DNA of 63,424 bases, the filler included. It is 19 parts of 19 records of this genome, joined end to end, with 100 filler letters (N's around TTAATTAATTAA, not from the genome) between each part and the next. Parts side by side here need not be neighbours in the genome. Positions count along the whole stretch, not along the records: positions 28,713 to 36,355 come from SRR16133337_61899; positions 36,456 to 38,483 come from SRR16133337_61916; positions 38,584 to 41,215 come from SRR16133337_62282; positions 41,316 to 43,440 come from SRR16133337_62542; positions 43,541 to 46,227 come from SRR16133337_62777; positions 46,328 to 48,846 come from SRR16133337_62899; 13 more parts are not named here. The stretch is one strand, 5' to 3'. Made by a program: the position numbers and the translations under genes. The notes below the pieces were generated by a model. That model was not told where the DNA came from, did not search any database, and worked only from the letters and a program-made list of their open reading frames with translations. Below, in pieces: positions 35,301 to 48,946 of the stretch (positions are counted from its first letter, which is position 1; the number at the start of each line of letters is the position of its first letter).

Positions 35301-36355
35301 GTTACTCAGAAAATAATGGAATCCAATTGCCAGGATATCTTCCATCTGTCGGGTTTTTAGGGAGAGATAACGTAAGTGGAGGATTGGCACCAACATTGGG
35401 CTTTGTTTTTGGAAGTCAAGCAGACATTCGACAAAGAGCTTTACAAGAAAATTGGTTGGTAACAAGGAATATCAATTCTGGAGACCCTGATAACTCAGAT
35501 GAAAATGATCCCTATTACAGTAAAACTTACGTACAAACCCATTACAATAAATGGGATGTGAATATTGCGGTAAAACCGATAAGAGACTTTGACATTTCTA
35601 TTTCAGCAAATAGGATACAAACAAGAAACCTGTCACAACAGTTTGATCCAACGAAAGACAAAGCAAATGGAGACATAGATTTAGGATTGGGACAATTTTT
35701 GGAAGCGGGGAACTTTAGTATGAGTTATAACATGGTAAAAACAGCTTTTGATGGAGATGGAGAAGCTACTTTTCAACAATTTATGACTAACAGAACTTTT
35801 ATACGGAAAAGATTGGTATTGGAAAATAACCTTGATAGTAGTGGTTATGGTTTGAACAGTCAAGAAGTTTTATTGCCTGCTTTTACCGCCGCGTATTCTG
35901 GAAACTCTGTAGCTTCAGAAGGGTTAAAAGCTTTTAAAAATATACCTCTGCCAAATTGGAGAGTTAGTTATAATGGTTTGATAAAGCTAAAATGGTTTCA
36001 AAAAAATTTCTCAAGCATTGTCCTTACACATTCCTATCAATCCTCCTATACAATTGGAAATTTTAGTGATAACCTTCAATACATGGAGGATGAACATGGA
36101 ATTCCAGTTAGAGATGTTAACGAAAACTACTCTTCAAAAATACTGATTTCAGATATTGCTTTAAAGGATAGTTTTTCTCCATTAATTAAAGTAGATTTGA
36201 AACTGAAAAACGCCTTTTCCTTTGGAGGAGAAGTGAAGAAAGATCGAAGTTTAGTTTTGAATTTTAGCAACAATACACTGTCAGATATTAGAGGAACAGA
36301 ATATATATTTGGACTAGGATATCGAATAAAAGATTTGAAAATTAGACTCTTCTCA
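29372..36355 (+). CDS. sprA: Type IX secretion translocon / gliding motility protein SprA (3' cut)
   Basis: >2300 aa, FTFDFDQQ, EDDIIKKIELGN, LITGAQSLFG, IWDLMMKNVY, TYIDDFEG, SIRFMRMFL, WFNELRV; follows ruvA. Confidence 0.96.
30074..30157 (+). repeat. In-frame 21-bp tandem repeat x4 in sprA (ASELTSK heptad)
   Basis: GCCTCAGAATTGACTTCAAAG / GCATCAGAATTGACTTCAAAA / GCCTCAAAATTAACTTCAAAA / GCTTCAGAGATAACAGCTCTT. Confidence 0.92.
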
Positions 36356-38605
36356 NNNNNNNNNNNNNNNNNNNNNNNNNNNNNNNNNNNNNNNNNNNNT
36401 TAATTAATTAANNNNNNNNNNNNNNNNNNNNNNNNNNNNNNNNNNNNNNNNNNNNACACAAAAATGAACAAAATTGTGTTTTTTGTTTCATGTACTAATC
36501 AGAGTGACATTCTGTTCCGAGGCATAGATTTGAACATGAATGGATATTTATAACACTTCTAAACAGGTATTACGCCTGAATCACCAAACTAAAATGTTCA
36601 TATATGAAATGAAACTGAAATTAGAATTACAAGAAGAAAAATGCAAAAATACATATCAAAGTGTGTGGTGGAATATGCGAAAAACACCGCCCCTCCGCCG
36701 CACCACCTCTTCCCTTAAAAATTTCAAATGTTCGAAAGGAGTGTGTTTATTCATTGATACGGTATGTGCCGTTATTTCAACAACGTACCTTATCATCCCA
36801 GCAAATATTTCTCCAGCAGTACAATGCGCGTCCCTCTCACGATCCTAAACGAAAACAGTGATGTAAAAAATTATGACAAAAACTTGAAATATAGTCATTC
36901 ACCGCCACTGCACTCACAGCAACACCAAATCGCAACTTGTTATTAAAAATCGTTCGCACAATGGTTCTAAAACTCAATGAATGAAAATGTCTTCATTTTG
37001 CAGAGAACCAAAGAGTGTTGCACACAAAAACAAAAAGAGTATGAAAGTGAATACTCATGAATGTTTCATTCATGTGAAGATATTTTACAAACAACAGAGT
37101 AAATTTTCTACACAACCATACTAGGTAAAATAAAAATTAGGCCCAAGTTTAGGATCTTACATTTTAGTATTCAAAATTAGAACACGTAAATTTCTACAAC
37201 CTGTCGGTTGTGATTACTTTCTAACGCCTATAATATTCGAACAGTTGCAAAATTATTTTTTTAAAAAAGATAAAAAACATATGTGTAAACTACTACAGTA
37301 TTAATACCAACTCTACAGGTGATAAATGCTTTGTTTCGCTGATTACGCACCTTTTGCGTTAAACTTATCAGTTGTTCACCAAGAGGTTCTAAAAGCGAAG
37401 GAAATGTTTTCGTTATGAGTCTAACAATACAAAGCAACACAAACAAATGAAATTAATGATTGTGTCACGTGAACGAATTCACTCAAAGTGGACATACTTG
37501 ATAAAATCTGCATGAGATCTGAGGAAAGCTTTTGAATGTTTTGTGAACCTAAAAACACACAAATGCATTTGATTAAAAGCGACAAACTTACAAAAAAACA
37601 ATGCATATTCAAAATTATACAAAAACGTGTGTGATTTAATGCATTTTTTAATTTCGTTTTTACTATTGATTTTAAATTGGAAAACCAACATAAACAACGC
37701 GATTAAAACGGTGCAAAACAAGTTATCATCTTGCCGAACCGTAAATAAACATTTGGTATATTCGTTTTGTTATTTTTTGCGTTCAAATCTAAAATTCAAA
37801 TGAATATTTCCGTGTGTCACACCATCTGAGTTTAATTGGTGTTTTACATCATTCTATATCCAAAACTAATTGTGTTTATATATGCATTGCGGTAAAACTT
37901 TGTGGTAAACGACACACACTTGAAAATATCATTGCACCTAGCTGAGAGGAAAAGATTTTGCAATTTCAACACTTTTCGCAAATTCTCGCTTTGCTCTGGA
38001 ACGAAGTTTTCGTTTTTCGAAAACACAAAAAAACAATGCGAAAACTTTAAGAAACTCGAACATGCACAAAACTTGTCAGCCTCTTCAATATTGTAAAATC
38101 GAACAGAGGAGAAATCTGAAAAGTAAATTCCAAAATAAACGCCAACAATTTATCAAACCTCCTACCCGTCGCAATTTACTGCGGTGCCGCGGTTAGGCTA
38201 TTACATACAATCCTTTACTCGGTGTAGGGTAATACACACAATTGTGAGTGCTTGGCTGCTAGAGGTAAGGGCATGTCTTAAGGTGTGCAAAATATATTTT
38301 GTAAATCCTAAAACAAACCCCTTCGTTCGCATTATGTGATAAATGGAATTTATGTATTGGGGCATCTGTTTCATGAGTTTTAGTCCTTCACCCCTATGGA
38401 GAAATCAAGTGAAATGGTACTTATATTGGCAAACTTTTCCAGTTTGAGGGAACACCATGTTACAATTTTCAAAGTTTTTCACANNNNNNNNNNNNNNNNN
38501 NNNNNNNNNNNNNNNNNNNNNNNNNNNTTAATTAATTAANNNNNNNNNNNNNNNNNNNNNNNNNNNNNNNNNNNNNNNNNNNNGTTTTCGGAGAATTTAG
38601 CGATT

Positions 38606-38803
38606 TTATTTTTTAGAATCTTTTTCCTCCTCCTCCTTTTTATCTTCTTCTTTAGAAGCATTCTTAAATTCTTTGATTCCGCTTCCTAACCCACGCATTA
38701 ATTCTGGGATTTTACGCCCTCCAAAAAGTAATAATATAACTACAACTATGATGATTATTTGTGGTCCACCAATCATTCCTAAAAAGAAATTTAGCCTATT
38801 CAT
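38606..38803 (-). CDS. tatA: Twin-arginine translocase subunit TatA/E
   Basis: [32 protein letters not shown] -7 box at 38823-38830. Confidence 0.96.
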   Translation of the reverse strand: MNRLNFFLGMIGGPQIIIIVVVILLLFGGRKIPELMRGLGSGIKEFKNASKEEDKKEEEEKDSKK

Positions 38804-39041
38804 TTGAATCTGTTTTGAAAAACAAATATATGAACTTTGAATGAGATTCTACTTTTGTTCCCTGTTTTTTACAAATGCCCTAATTGTGAACAATAATCTT
38901 TCGATTAAAAGACAAAGAAATTCCTATACTCCACTCGTTTAGAAACCCTAAAATTTTCAAGCATCATGTTAGCTATGCTTTCAAATTTAAACATTATTGT
39001 AAAAACAAATCTAAAGAAACTTGTTAAAGAATTATCTCTCC

Positions 39042-41215
39042 TCAAACCAAACTAAAATCTAAACGTTTTCTATCTAAATCTGTATTTTTTACTTTTACGG
39101 TAACCTCATCACCCAATTGGTATAACTTCTTGGTAGATTGCCCTACCAAGGCATATTGTCTTTCATCATAAATATAATAATCCTCTTTAATATCTCTAAT
39201 TCTCACCATTCCTTCACATTTATTTTCGATAATTTCTATATAAATTCCCCATTCCGTAACTCCCGAAATTACCCCTAAAAATTCTGCGTCTTGATGATCT
39301 TGCATGTACCTAACTTGCATGTATTTTATAGAATCTCTTTCTGCTTTTGTAACAAGATATTCCATTTCAGAAGTATGTTTGCATTTTTCTTCATATACTT
39401 CTTTCTTTGGAGATTTTCCTCCATCGAGATAATGTTGTAACAAACGATGTGCCATTACATCTGGATAGCGACGAATAGGTGAAGTAAAGTGTGAATAATA
39501 GTCAAAAGCCAAACCGTAATGTCCAATATTCTCAGTGGTATACTCCGCTTTGCTCATCGTCCTAATAGTCAAAGTTTCAATCATATTTGATTCTCCTTTT
39601 CCATGAACATCTTTCAATAACTTATTCAAACTATCAGAAATAGATTGTCTAGACTTAAGATCAATACGATAACCTAATTTACCTATAATATCTTGCAAAG
39701 CATTTAATTTATCTACATTTGGCTCGTCATGAACTCTATATATAAACGTATGATTAGAAGGTCTTCCCACTTTTTTACCTACAAATTCAGAAACTTTCTT
39801 ATTAGCCAACAACATAAATTCTTCAATCAGTTTGTTGGCATCTTTAGATTCTTTAAAGAAAACACCTAAGGGATTTGCCTCTTCATCTAAATGAAATTTT
39901 ACTTCTACCTTATCAAAGGTAATTGCTCCTGCTTTTAAGCGTTTTTTACGTAATTTTTTAGCAAGTGTATTCATCTTTAAAATTGCGTTTACGATTGACT
40001 CAGAAACTTGATAAGAAATACCCGTTATAGAAGTCTCTGTTGGAATGGTTATTTTAGTATTTTCTTTTCCTTCTTCTATAATAACTTGAGCTTCTTCATA
40101 GGCAAAACGTTGATTGGAATAAGTAACGGTTCTTCCATACCATTCTTTTAAAATTTCTGCTTTTTCATTCAATTCAAAAACGACAGAAAAAGTCAGTTTT
40201 TCTTCATGAGGTCTTAAAGAACAAACACCATTCGATAGCATTTCGGGTAACATAGGTATTACCCTATCAACCAAATAAACAGAAGTGGATCTTTTGTATG
40301 CTTCTCTTTCTAGTTCTGAATCTAAAGGAATATAATGCGAAACATCTGCAATATGAATTCCTATTTCATAATTTCCATTTTCCAATACTTTGTATGACAA
40401 AGCATCGTCAAAATCTTTAGCATCTTTAGGATCTATCGTAAAAGTTAAGTCACCACGCATATCCCTGCGTTTGGCAATTTCTGATTCCGTAATCGTAGTG
40501 TCTAAATCTTCTGCTTCTTTTTCTACATTTTTAGGAAATTCATAAGGCAAACCATATTCTGCCAAAATACTATGAATTTCTGTATTGTGTTCTCCTAGTT
40601 TTCCTAATACTTTTGTAATTTTTCCAAAAGGATTTTTAGAATTTTCTGGCCAACCTATTAAAGTAACAATTACTTTATCACCATCTTCTGCTCCCTCCAA
40701 ATTATCTTTTGAAATAAAGATATCTGAGTACATTTTGTTATTGTCTGGCACTACAAAACCAAAGTTTTTACTGAGTTGCAAAACACCTACAAAATTAGAT
40801 TTGAATCTTTCAATAACTTCAATAACATCCCCCTCTTTTTTAGAGCTTCTACGTTTGTTATAAACATATACCTTTACAGTATCTTTATCCAATCCTCTAT
40901 TTAAATTGATAGAGGGAATAAACACATCATTTTTAAAATCATCGCAAATAAAATAAGCATTTCCATTTGAAGTTACATCTAAAGTACCTATATGATAGTT
41001 TTTATTTTCTACCAAACTATATTTACCTCTATCTATTTCTTCAAGTTTACCTTGTTCTTTTAAATCTTTTAATTTTTTAATAAGCTGATTTTTACCATAG
41101 ATATCTGTAATACCTATTTTAGTTACAATTTGTTTGTAATTCAATATTTTAGTAGGGTTTTTATCAAATATTTTTAACACATTATCTGTCAAGTCTTTTA
41201 TTATATTTCCCTTCT
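39042..41215 (-). CDS. rnr: Ribonuclease R (5' end cut)
   Basis: FTIDPKDAKDFDDAL, IHIADVSHY, LIEEFMLLAN, YSHFTSPIRRYPD, C-terminal S1 domain. Confidence 0.97.
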
Positions 41216-42334
41216 NNNNNNNNNNNNNNNNNNNNNNNNNNNNNNNNNNNNNNNNNNNNTTAATTAATTAANNNNNNNNNNNNNNNNNNNNNNNNNNNNN
41301 NNNNNNNNNNNNNNNAATGTGTCCTCTCCATTCGGGAGAATTCGTCCCCGAAAACATATCCGCGAAGTGATTTTTGTTAGGAGTCAAAGTTGTTCTACAA
41401 CTCCCAAAATACGACAACCCTAAATGTGAGCTTTCAAATTTTAGTTTGTGAAACCCCCTGTAAACCAAGTGAAATCATTTTTTGCAGGAATGAAAAAACT
41501 TACTCGGATGATTTTCACCACTCCCATAATAGCCGTTTGTTTTTGTAAAATCCATGACGACACACACGAAGAAAGAAAACTGAAGCGCAAAAAATAAAAC
41601 ACAATCTTTTCAATTATCACGTAATTTATGTACTCAAAAATAAATTGTTCTTTTGTAGGGTATCTTCAAAACCTTGCAGTTTCCCAGTATGTTTTCATCG
41701 AAATCAGCAATCAGGGTATCCAGCCGCAGATGGAGGTAAATTGCAGGAAAGCAATGAAAAGTTATACGTTAGTTTAATAAAGTCATACCGACCTGCAATT
41801 AAAGTATTAACCACGATAAAGATTAAATATTTTGTCTACCCACCAAATTGAAGAAAAGTTTACCAAATGTTGCGAAAAATAAGTTGTTGTTTGGTGTGTG
41901 TATGTTTGTGTGGAATAATTATTCATATTTTGAATTTTCATGAAAACAGTGCGTTTGATTTTATGTTTTTGTAAAAATTATCGAAAGAAATATGTGTTTG
42001 CACATTTCAGCAAAAAGTCACCTTCAGCACTTTTTTGGTTCAGACAGAAGTTGAATAACATCGATTCCCTGTCTACTCACTCACAATGGTGATTGCGAAC
42101 GGCAATGTTTTTGTAGGAATTTTATTTGTTGTATTTGTACAATGAGTATATTTATACGGTAGTGGGTGCGTGAAGGAAGTGGAGTTCTTTACTTTACTCC
42201 GTAAAATTATAACACGAAGCCATAAGAAATGACAGAAGAATTAAAAAATATTGACTGATATTTATAATACGAGTGGATAGACAAGATGATGATTATTGTA
42301 CATAATGAGTTTAATCCTTTATTTTTCATCATTT

Positions 42335-42505
42335 ATGAATAGACGTTCGTTTTTACGTCGATCGTTTTCAACAAACACAACGCCCATCGCAATCAAAGCT
42401 GGCGACAAAACGATTGACGTGAATCCTGGATTATTTATCAATAACGAATTTGTTGCCTCCACCTCAAATAAAACATTTGCATCAATAAATCCGTCAAATG
42501 GAAAG
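42335..42505 (+). CDS. Eukaryotic aldehyde dehydrogenase (mitochondrial ALDH1/2-like), exon 1
   Basis: Arg/Ser-rich presequence MNRRSFLRRSFS, LFINNEFV..S.KTF.SINPSNGK, donor AAG|gtaagg. Confidence 0.85.
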
Positions 42506-43261
42506 GTAAGGTATTTTACACACAAAAAAAGAAAATGAAAATCAAGTTTTGAAAATTTTGTCAAAATGAATAAAATATCGAAATAGGCACAAATTCGAGT
42601 TATTGTGAAATAACGTAGTAGCGCTCAAAGTTAGTGACTTACAGAAGTTTCTAGATCGTTTTTGTGTTGGGTTAGGCAATTTTGAAAATATTTATTTTGA
42701 AAGAATCGCGAGTGGATTTAATGATTTGCGAGATTGTGGCACGACTAAAAATTTTGTACTTTTAACTTGTGCAGGTGATGAAATAAAACTTTCGTCTTCT
42801 TAGCATAATATTTGGACCTGCATCAACAAATTCAAAGGTCGATTTATCAACAAATCCGTTGTCGGGAATAACAAACTCATGAATTGACCTTCTGTATATG
42901 ACGACTGGCTTTTGAAACACTCCTTTTCAAAGTGGGTTTTAGAAATCAATTAAATTATTAAGGCACCTTTATTATTTTTTGTCGTCTGCGTAGCACACCG
43001 ATTAAAAATTCTTGCATAACTTACAAATACTGCACACTCCAATTTTTAGTCAACACATTTTGATTGGCTCATTATGAGTCTCAATGATCAGGAATGTTCC
43101 GTATGTCAGTAGTATTCATTTTAATTTTTTTTTACAAAAATTTTTGATCCTCGATAATAATTAAATGAGAATTTCATCCAACTTGGAAAACAAAATTAGT
43201 CATTAGTCACCATTTAGGAAAACGTTTCCATTGGATTTTGTGTGTGCTGGTCATACTTTAG

Positions 43262-43394
43262 GAAATCGCTCAAATTCACGAAGCAGACGTAAATGACGTG
43301 AATATTGCAGTTGATGCAGCAGAAACTGCTTTTTATTCAGAATGGAAATCATACACCGGATCGAAAAGAGGTGCTCTACTACATAAGTTTACAG
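43262..43394 (+). CDS. Eukaryotic aldehyde dehydrogenase, exon 2
   Basis: Acceptor actttag, in frame EIAQIHEADVNDVNIAVDAAETAF..W....GSKRGALLHKF, donor CAG|gtactg. Confidence 0.85.
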
Positions 43395-43989
43395 GTACTG
43401 AACCAGTCATGGTTATAATACAGGGTATATCAATGAATAANNNNNNNNNNNNNNNNNNNNNNNNNNNNNNNNNNNNNNNNNNNNTTAATTAATTAANNNN
43501 NNNNNNNNNNNNNNNNNNNNNNNNNNNNNNNNNNNNNNNNGTGGTATTTGTGAAATTCATTTTACTAAGAGCCCGGTGTGAAATTTAACTTTCACATAAG
43601 TTTGTGTGTTTCTGTCGGCTGCATTTCCACCAAGAGGAAGAGATCAACAACGGAAAGTTTCACGGTTGTTCACGGTCAAATCCGTTGCCTTTTTTCGGGT
43701 GTGTTGTGTCCAACAAGGAACATTGAACATTATTATTTGCGCTTTAGCAAGTGTCAACAGAACGCCTGTTTGGTAATTTTTTTTGGTGGGCTTGGACCCC
43801 AAATAGTTATTTGCCAAACATTCTTGTTTGAACACCAGCGAAATTTTGCCCCCCACCCTTGATTGGTTGTTTATATGTCGTTTAGAGCCTCTTCATAAAA
43901 CTCAATTTTTTCATCAAATATCCGTTTTCGAATTCAAGTTCTGAGTGCAAACCAAAAAAAAAACTTTTTTTTGCTTTCAAAAAACCATA

Positions 43990-44183
43990 ATGGGGAATCG
44001 AATTGATAAAGCAAAAATGCCATCGTACTATGTTGAAGAGCCCGTGGTGTGCAAATTGACCTGCGGACTGCTAGAACGCTCAACAAAAAACATTATTGGC
44101 GAGCGCAGAAAAAATAGAAAGCGGATGATGAAAAACGACATCTACATGAACTTTGTCGTATTTCAAGATACGTTCTTTTCGCG
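43990..44183 (+). CDS. Possible first exon of an unknown eukaryotic gene
   Basis: ATGG start (MGNRIDKAK, possible N-myristoylation site), open frame ending at gtgagt donor; no recognised domain. Confidence 0.3.
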
Positions 44184-46327
44184 GTGAGTTGGTGTTTTTT
44201 TCAAAGGGTTTTTTATGTTTCACTGCGAAAACGGGCCTTTTAACCTTTGTTAAAATTGATGAATCTTCGAAACTAAAATATTAAAATATTGTAATCCCCG
44301 GGAAAGCACACAAATGAGTGTCAGACAAAATATGAACCTGATTTTTCCGCCCTTGAGAACGAAAAACTAAAATTAGACGAGCGATCCAAAACACTGCACC
44401 CTAATTTTTGCTGGCCATTTTTGGTGAGGGGATTGTTTCAAAGATTTTTCAACACCAAACATAAAGCGGGGTGGTGCCAATTTTGATATGCTATTTTTAG
44501 AATTATGTCTTCATGTGAAAATTTTTTTCCAGGTACTTTCAATCTTATCAAATTTTCAACAAATTTTCAACAAATCAAAGAATATTGAAAAACGAATTTT
44601 CGGACAATTCAAGAATTTGTAATGTGACTGGCAAAGGTGTTTCTCCAAGTTAGATCAGATATTATTTATGGATCGGATCCATCAATCAATGTTTTTTCGG
44701 CATGCCCAACCCCGTCCGTAATTGTTGTTTAGCATTGTTATAAGCTTTGTCAATCGCCTTTGTTTTTACACAAGTTGTTATCAGGTGGGTTTCAAGCAAG
44801 GCAGAATGTTTTGTTCATAAAGTTATTGTCGAACGCCAAAAATCTTGCAAATTGCAATCAGGTGCGTGGGTAAGCTAAGCTACCTACACGCCAATTGTAT
44901 TTGAGGGTTACAGAGCCTTAGCTAAGCGTGAATCATTTTCTTTCTTTTTCACAAACATTTCATATTTTTCATAGATATTGTACAATTTTTTAGTTTCATC
45001 TTAAATTTCTACTAAAGATCAGTGATGTTTTCACATTGAGTAGATTGCTGAGCATGTAGTTTACAACCATTACTGGAATCTGACAGGTGTTTTTACTGGG
45101 CAAGAGCAATGGCAACGGGTGTGGAAATTAGGTAGATTTTGGGTTGACACACTGATTCAAAAACCAAACACCGAAAAAATTGTCGCGCAGCTAGTTTTGG
45201 AATCAGCACGAGTAGAATCTCTCAAAGTTTGCATAGTTTTAATATTGTGGCACGTTGTAATACATTTCTGTTTTGGAAAAATAAAGGAAGTGTACCACTG
45301 TGACTGTATTATTTCGCATTTTTTATCTTTCCAAAATATAACTCCCGGGGACACAAATAACAGGAATCTGACCGCACAAATAACAGGAATCAGTGGGAAA
45401 CGGAAACTCGCGTTTTCCATGTATGTTACGCAATAGTGTAATTATATAAATGTAGTGAGCAAACGAGAGAATCTTGTTTAAGGTTCAATATTTTTCAGAT
45501 ATTTCACTTCTTTTTTCGCTAAAAGATTTGAATGCAAATGCGCGAAATGTCGAGGTCATGACACTTCAATGGATAACATAAATGTGATAGTGTAATATTC
45601 GACAAGTGGTTGGGAATAAAAAGCATCAAGAAATATATGTTTTAGTCTTTTATTCTCAGGGGGTGTGTGTTGGAAACTTTAAAGAGTATTTAAAAAGATA
45701 AAATTTTTAATATTTTTGTAGACACTTCGCTTTCAAACATTTTGTTGGAAAACAAAACTTGCCAAATGACAAATATAAAAATGTATTAAAATTTGTGACG
45801 TTCTGTAATTTTTTTCACCAACCGATAATTTTATAGTTTGGCTTGTTTGTGTGTCACTCCTGCTAAAAAAAGTTATGGAACTCCGAAATAAAACAAATTT
45901 GAGAAGCGGTGGAATGTGGGTGGTAAGATATGGAGGGACGAGGCTGTCTCATATGCATGTTTTTTAGGTTGTTGGCATATTCATTTTTTCACGATTTTCT
46001 ATTTTGTGATTGAATTTTAGTTGAAAAAAAAAGTTTTGTGAAGAACTTGTCACATCATACACAAAAATGTACCAAATTCAGCACCGCAATGAAAACTAAC
46101 CAATTGTTGCGGGGTTTTTTAGGCTTCGAGAAATTGAGGGCGTCGACAATCGTTTAACCGATTTTATTGACGACGATATTGAAACAAACGCGATCTTCCT
46201 CGGAGAATTATTGAAAATTATTCTTGTNNNNNNNNNNNNNNNNNNNNNNNNNNNNNNNNNNNNNNNNNNNNTTAATTAATTAANNNNNNNNNNNNNNNNN
46301 NNNNNNNNNNNNNNNNNNNNNNNNNNN

Positions 46328-47345
46328 TGGAATCCACGGCCGCTATTCGAACCAATTTAATTGGATTTTGCGCGATCGGGTAGTCGAGGATGTGGTAGTG
46401 TATCAAGACGATCACTGCGCGGTGAGTAGTTTTGCAGTCGCATACGAAATCAAAGAAATGGTGAAAGCAATTGCTAAGGAGCTCGGTATCGAGTTAAGTG
46501 AGGAAAAATGGGAAGGACCGTGTACGATGTTGATTTATCTTGGAATTTTGACGAACACTGAAGATTTTTCACTTTCAATCCCGATGGACAAAGTTCGTAA
46601 AGCGATTGCATTACTAAAATATTTGTTACGAGTGTCATTCATCACAAAGTTAAAAATTCAAGAAATTGTCGGCTTACTGAATTTCTTCATTATCGTTATT
46701 CAACCAGGAAAAGCATTTCTCGGGAGATTGATTGCAAAATTGAAAGGCTGTACTTCACAACGATTTAAGATGAAAGTGACTGATAGTATGAGAGCAGAGG
46801 CTACGTGGTGGTTGAAAGTTTTGCAAGCCGGTTTCACCCGTTCTTTGATGATGGAAAGACAATGGACACATGCAGATACAATTGAGCTTGGTGGCGATGC
46901 GTGCAATGCAAGTGGAGGGGTATTTTTGGGCTCATTGTGGTTTTTTGTTTTGTGGGATGCAGATATTGTTCAGTGGCATATTAACGAGAAAGAATTGCTA
47001 TGCATAATTTTAGCAGTGTCCACTTTCGGCAATATTTTCCACAGGAGGAAAATAGTTTTTCATTCAGATAATCAAGTTACGGTGTCCGCAATTTCGAGCC
47101 GCAGGTCTTCAGGGGTCAGAATCGCTATGTTATTGCGAACTCTTCATTTTTTAGAAGTTCAATTTAACTGTTTAGTGCGTGCAAAATATGTTCCTGGCTC
47201 AGATAATTATATTGCAGATTTTTTATCTCGAGGAAAATTTATGGAATTTGCAAATTGTTTTTACCAAAAATTCGGCCATCCTCCTTTTCAGAGTGCTTGT
47301 AGAGTTATTTGGCCTGTTTTTGATGACATTGGCAGACAACCTTGA
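46328..47345 (+). mobile_element. DIRS/Ngaro retrotransposon RT (C-terminal part) + RNase H, 5' cut
   Basis: YQDD, YLGI, VGLLNF, GDAC, HINEKEL, HSDN, VPGSDNYIADFLSR. Confidence 0.9.
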
Positions 47346-47655
47346 GTTGGCGTAATTTTAATGTTTTAATAATAAGAAAATGTATATATTTATGTGTGTT
47401 TGTATTTGTACCATTTTTTGTTTTTAAGAAGTTGTTAATATTGACATTATTATATTTCGGTAATTGTCACAGTTATGAGTGAAGCCACAACTGAAATTAC
47501 ATTTTTTCAGTAGCGTAAGACACGTTCTGGGTCTTTATAGAGATTGCATTATATTTGCCATGTTATTTTTATTATTGGGCAGAAAATTTAAGATTAACAA
47601 GTTTGTCAGGTGGAAAGGATATTTTCTTAAAGATTCATAATATTTTTCATTAGAC

Positions 47656-48663
47656 TTGAACAGTCAGGACATTTTGTTCATGAAGAATAAAGAGATTTAT
47701 TCCCTAGCTCCAGAATTGGCAATTTTGGCCAAAACATTTTTTATCAACAGCACAGCCAAGAGCACAAGAGCAAATTACGGGACGGGACAAAAGCGTTTCA
47801 CAAAATTCTTGGAGAAATTCCGTTTGCCTTATATTATGCCATCCGATGAAGATACGTTAATTTTATTTGCCTCATATCTCGCAACCGAAGTGGCTCCCTC
47901 GACAATTAAAAATTATATTTCTGCTGTCAGTGCTCTAAATAGAAACAATGGTTTCGAGTTAGATTTGAAAAAGATGGTTGTTTTGCAGAGAATCATAAGA
48001 GGTATTCGAAAAATTGTAGGTGACGGGAGCGGTCGAACCCGTTTACCAATCACAACTAAAATTCTGCAGAGATTGGCAAGAATGATTGATTTTTCAGTTC
48101 CAGATAATTTGATGTTTTTTGCTTTATGTTGTTGTGCAACTTTTGGTTTGCTTCGTTTGGGTGAAGTTGTGGGGAAATCCAAGAGAGATACATGTCCATT
48201 GGTCATTGGAGATCTTCGAGTATTTAATTTACCATCGGCCCAGTATATTGAATTACTTTTAAGGAACACGAAATCTGATCCGTTTCGACAGTCAGTGAAG
48301 GTTCAGATAGGAAAGACGGGAGCCGATGTATGTCCTGTTTCACTTCTTTTGACATATCTGCAACGTTTTAGACCGTTTGCACACGCAGATGAGCCATTGT
48401 TTTTGTTAAGTTCAGGTGGAAACGTGTCCAAAGGTGATGTTGTGAAGTGGATTAGAGTATATTTAGACAAATGTGGATACGATTCCAAATCGTATGCTGG
48501 ACATTCTTTTCGTAAAGGGGGTGCTACAGACCTTGCACGAATTGGCACTCCGGATCATTTGATTCAAGTAATGGGTCGCTGGACATCAGATGCTTACAAA
48601 CTTTACATAGAGACTCCTCCAGAGCGGAAAGCTAGCTTGGCAGCTAGAATGTTATCACCATAG
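47656..48663 (+). mobile_element. Tyrosine recombinase of the DIRS/Ngaro element
   Basis: STRANY, STIKNYISAV, FGLLRLGE, TKSDPF, CPV, GHSFRKGGAT, MGRWTSDAYKLYI. Confidence 0.92.
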
Positions 48664-48946
48664 AGAGAGAGCGTGTTTTAGTTTGTACTGTAATTATTTA
48701 TCTTATAACATATCATTTATGTCACAAGTATAGTAATAGTATGGTGTTTATTTTAGAGTGGCGTAGAGTGTGCCACAGACATCTTTATAGTAGCGTTACT
48801 CCAGGGGTTGGGATGCGAATGTAAGAGCGTCTTACATTTTGGGCGANNNNNNNNNNNNNNNNNNNNNNNNNNNNNNNNNNNNNNNNNNNNTTAATTAATT
48901 AANNNNNNNNNNNNNNNNNNNNNNNNNNNNNNNNNNNNNNNNNNNN

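Noticed and set aside
47656-48663. Tyrosine recombinase as the integrase for the defence operon or the cassette-like islet
   Set aside because: It is linked to a DIRS/Ngaro RT-RNase H and separated from the bacterial genes by a linker.
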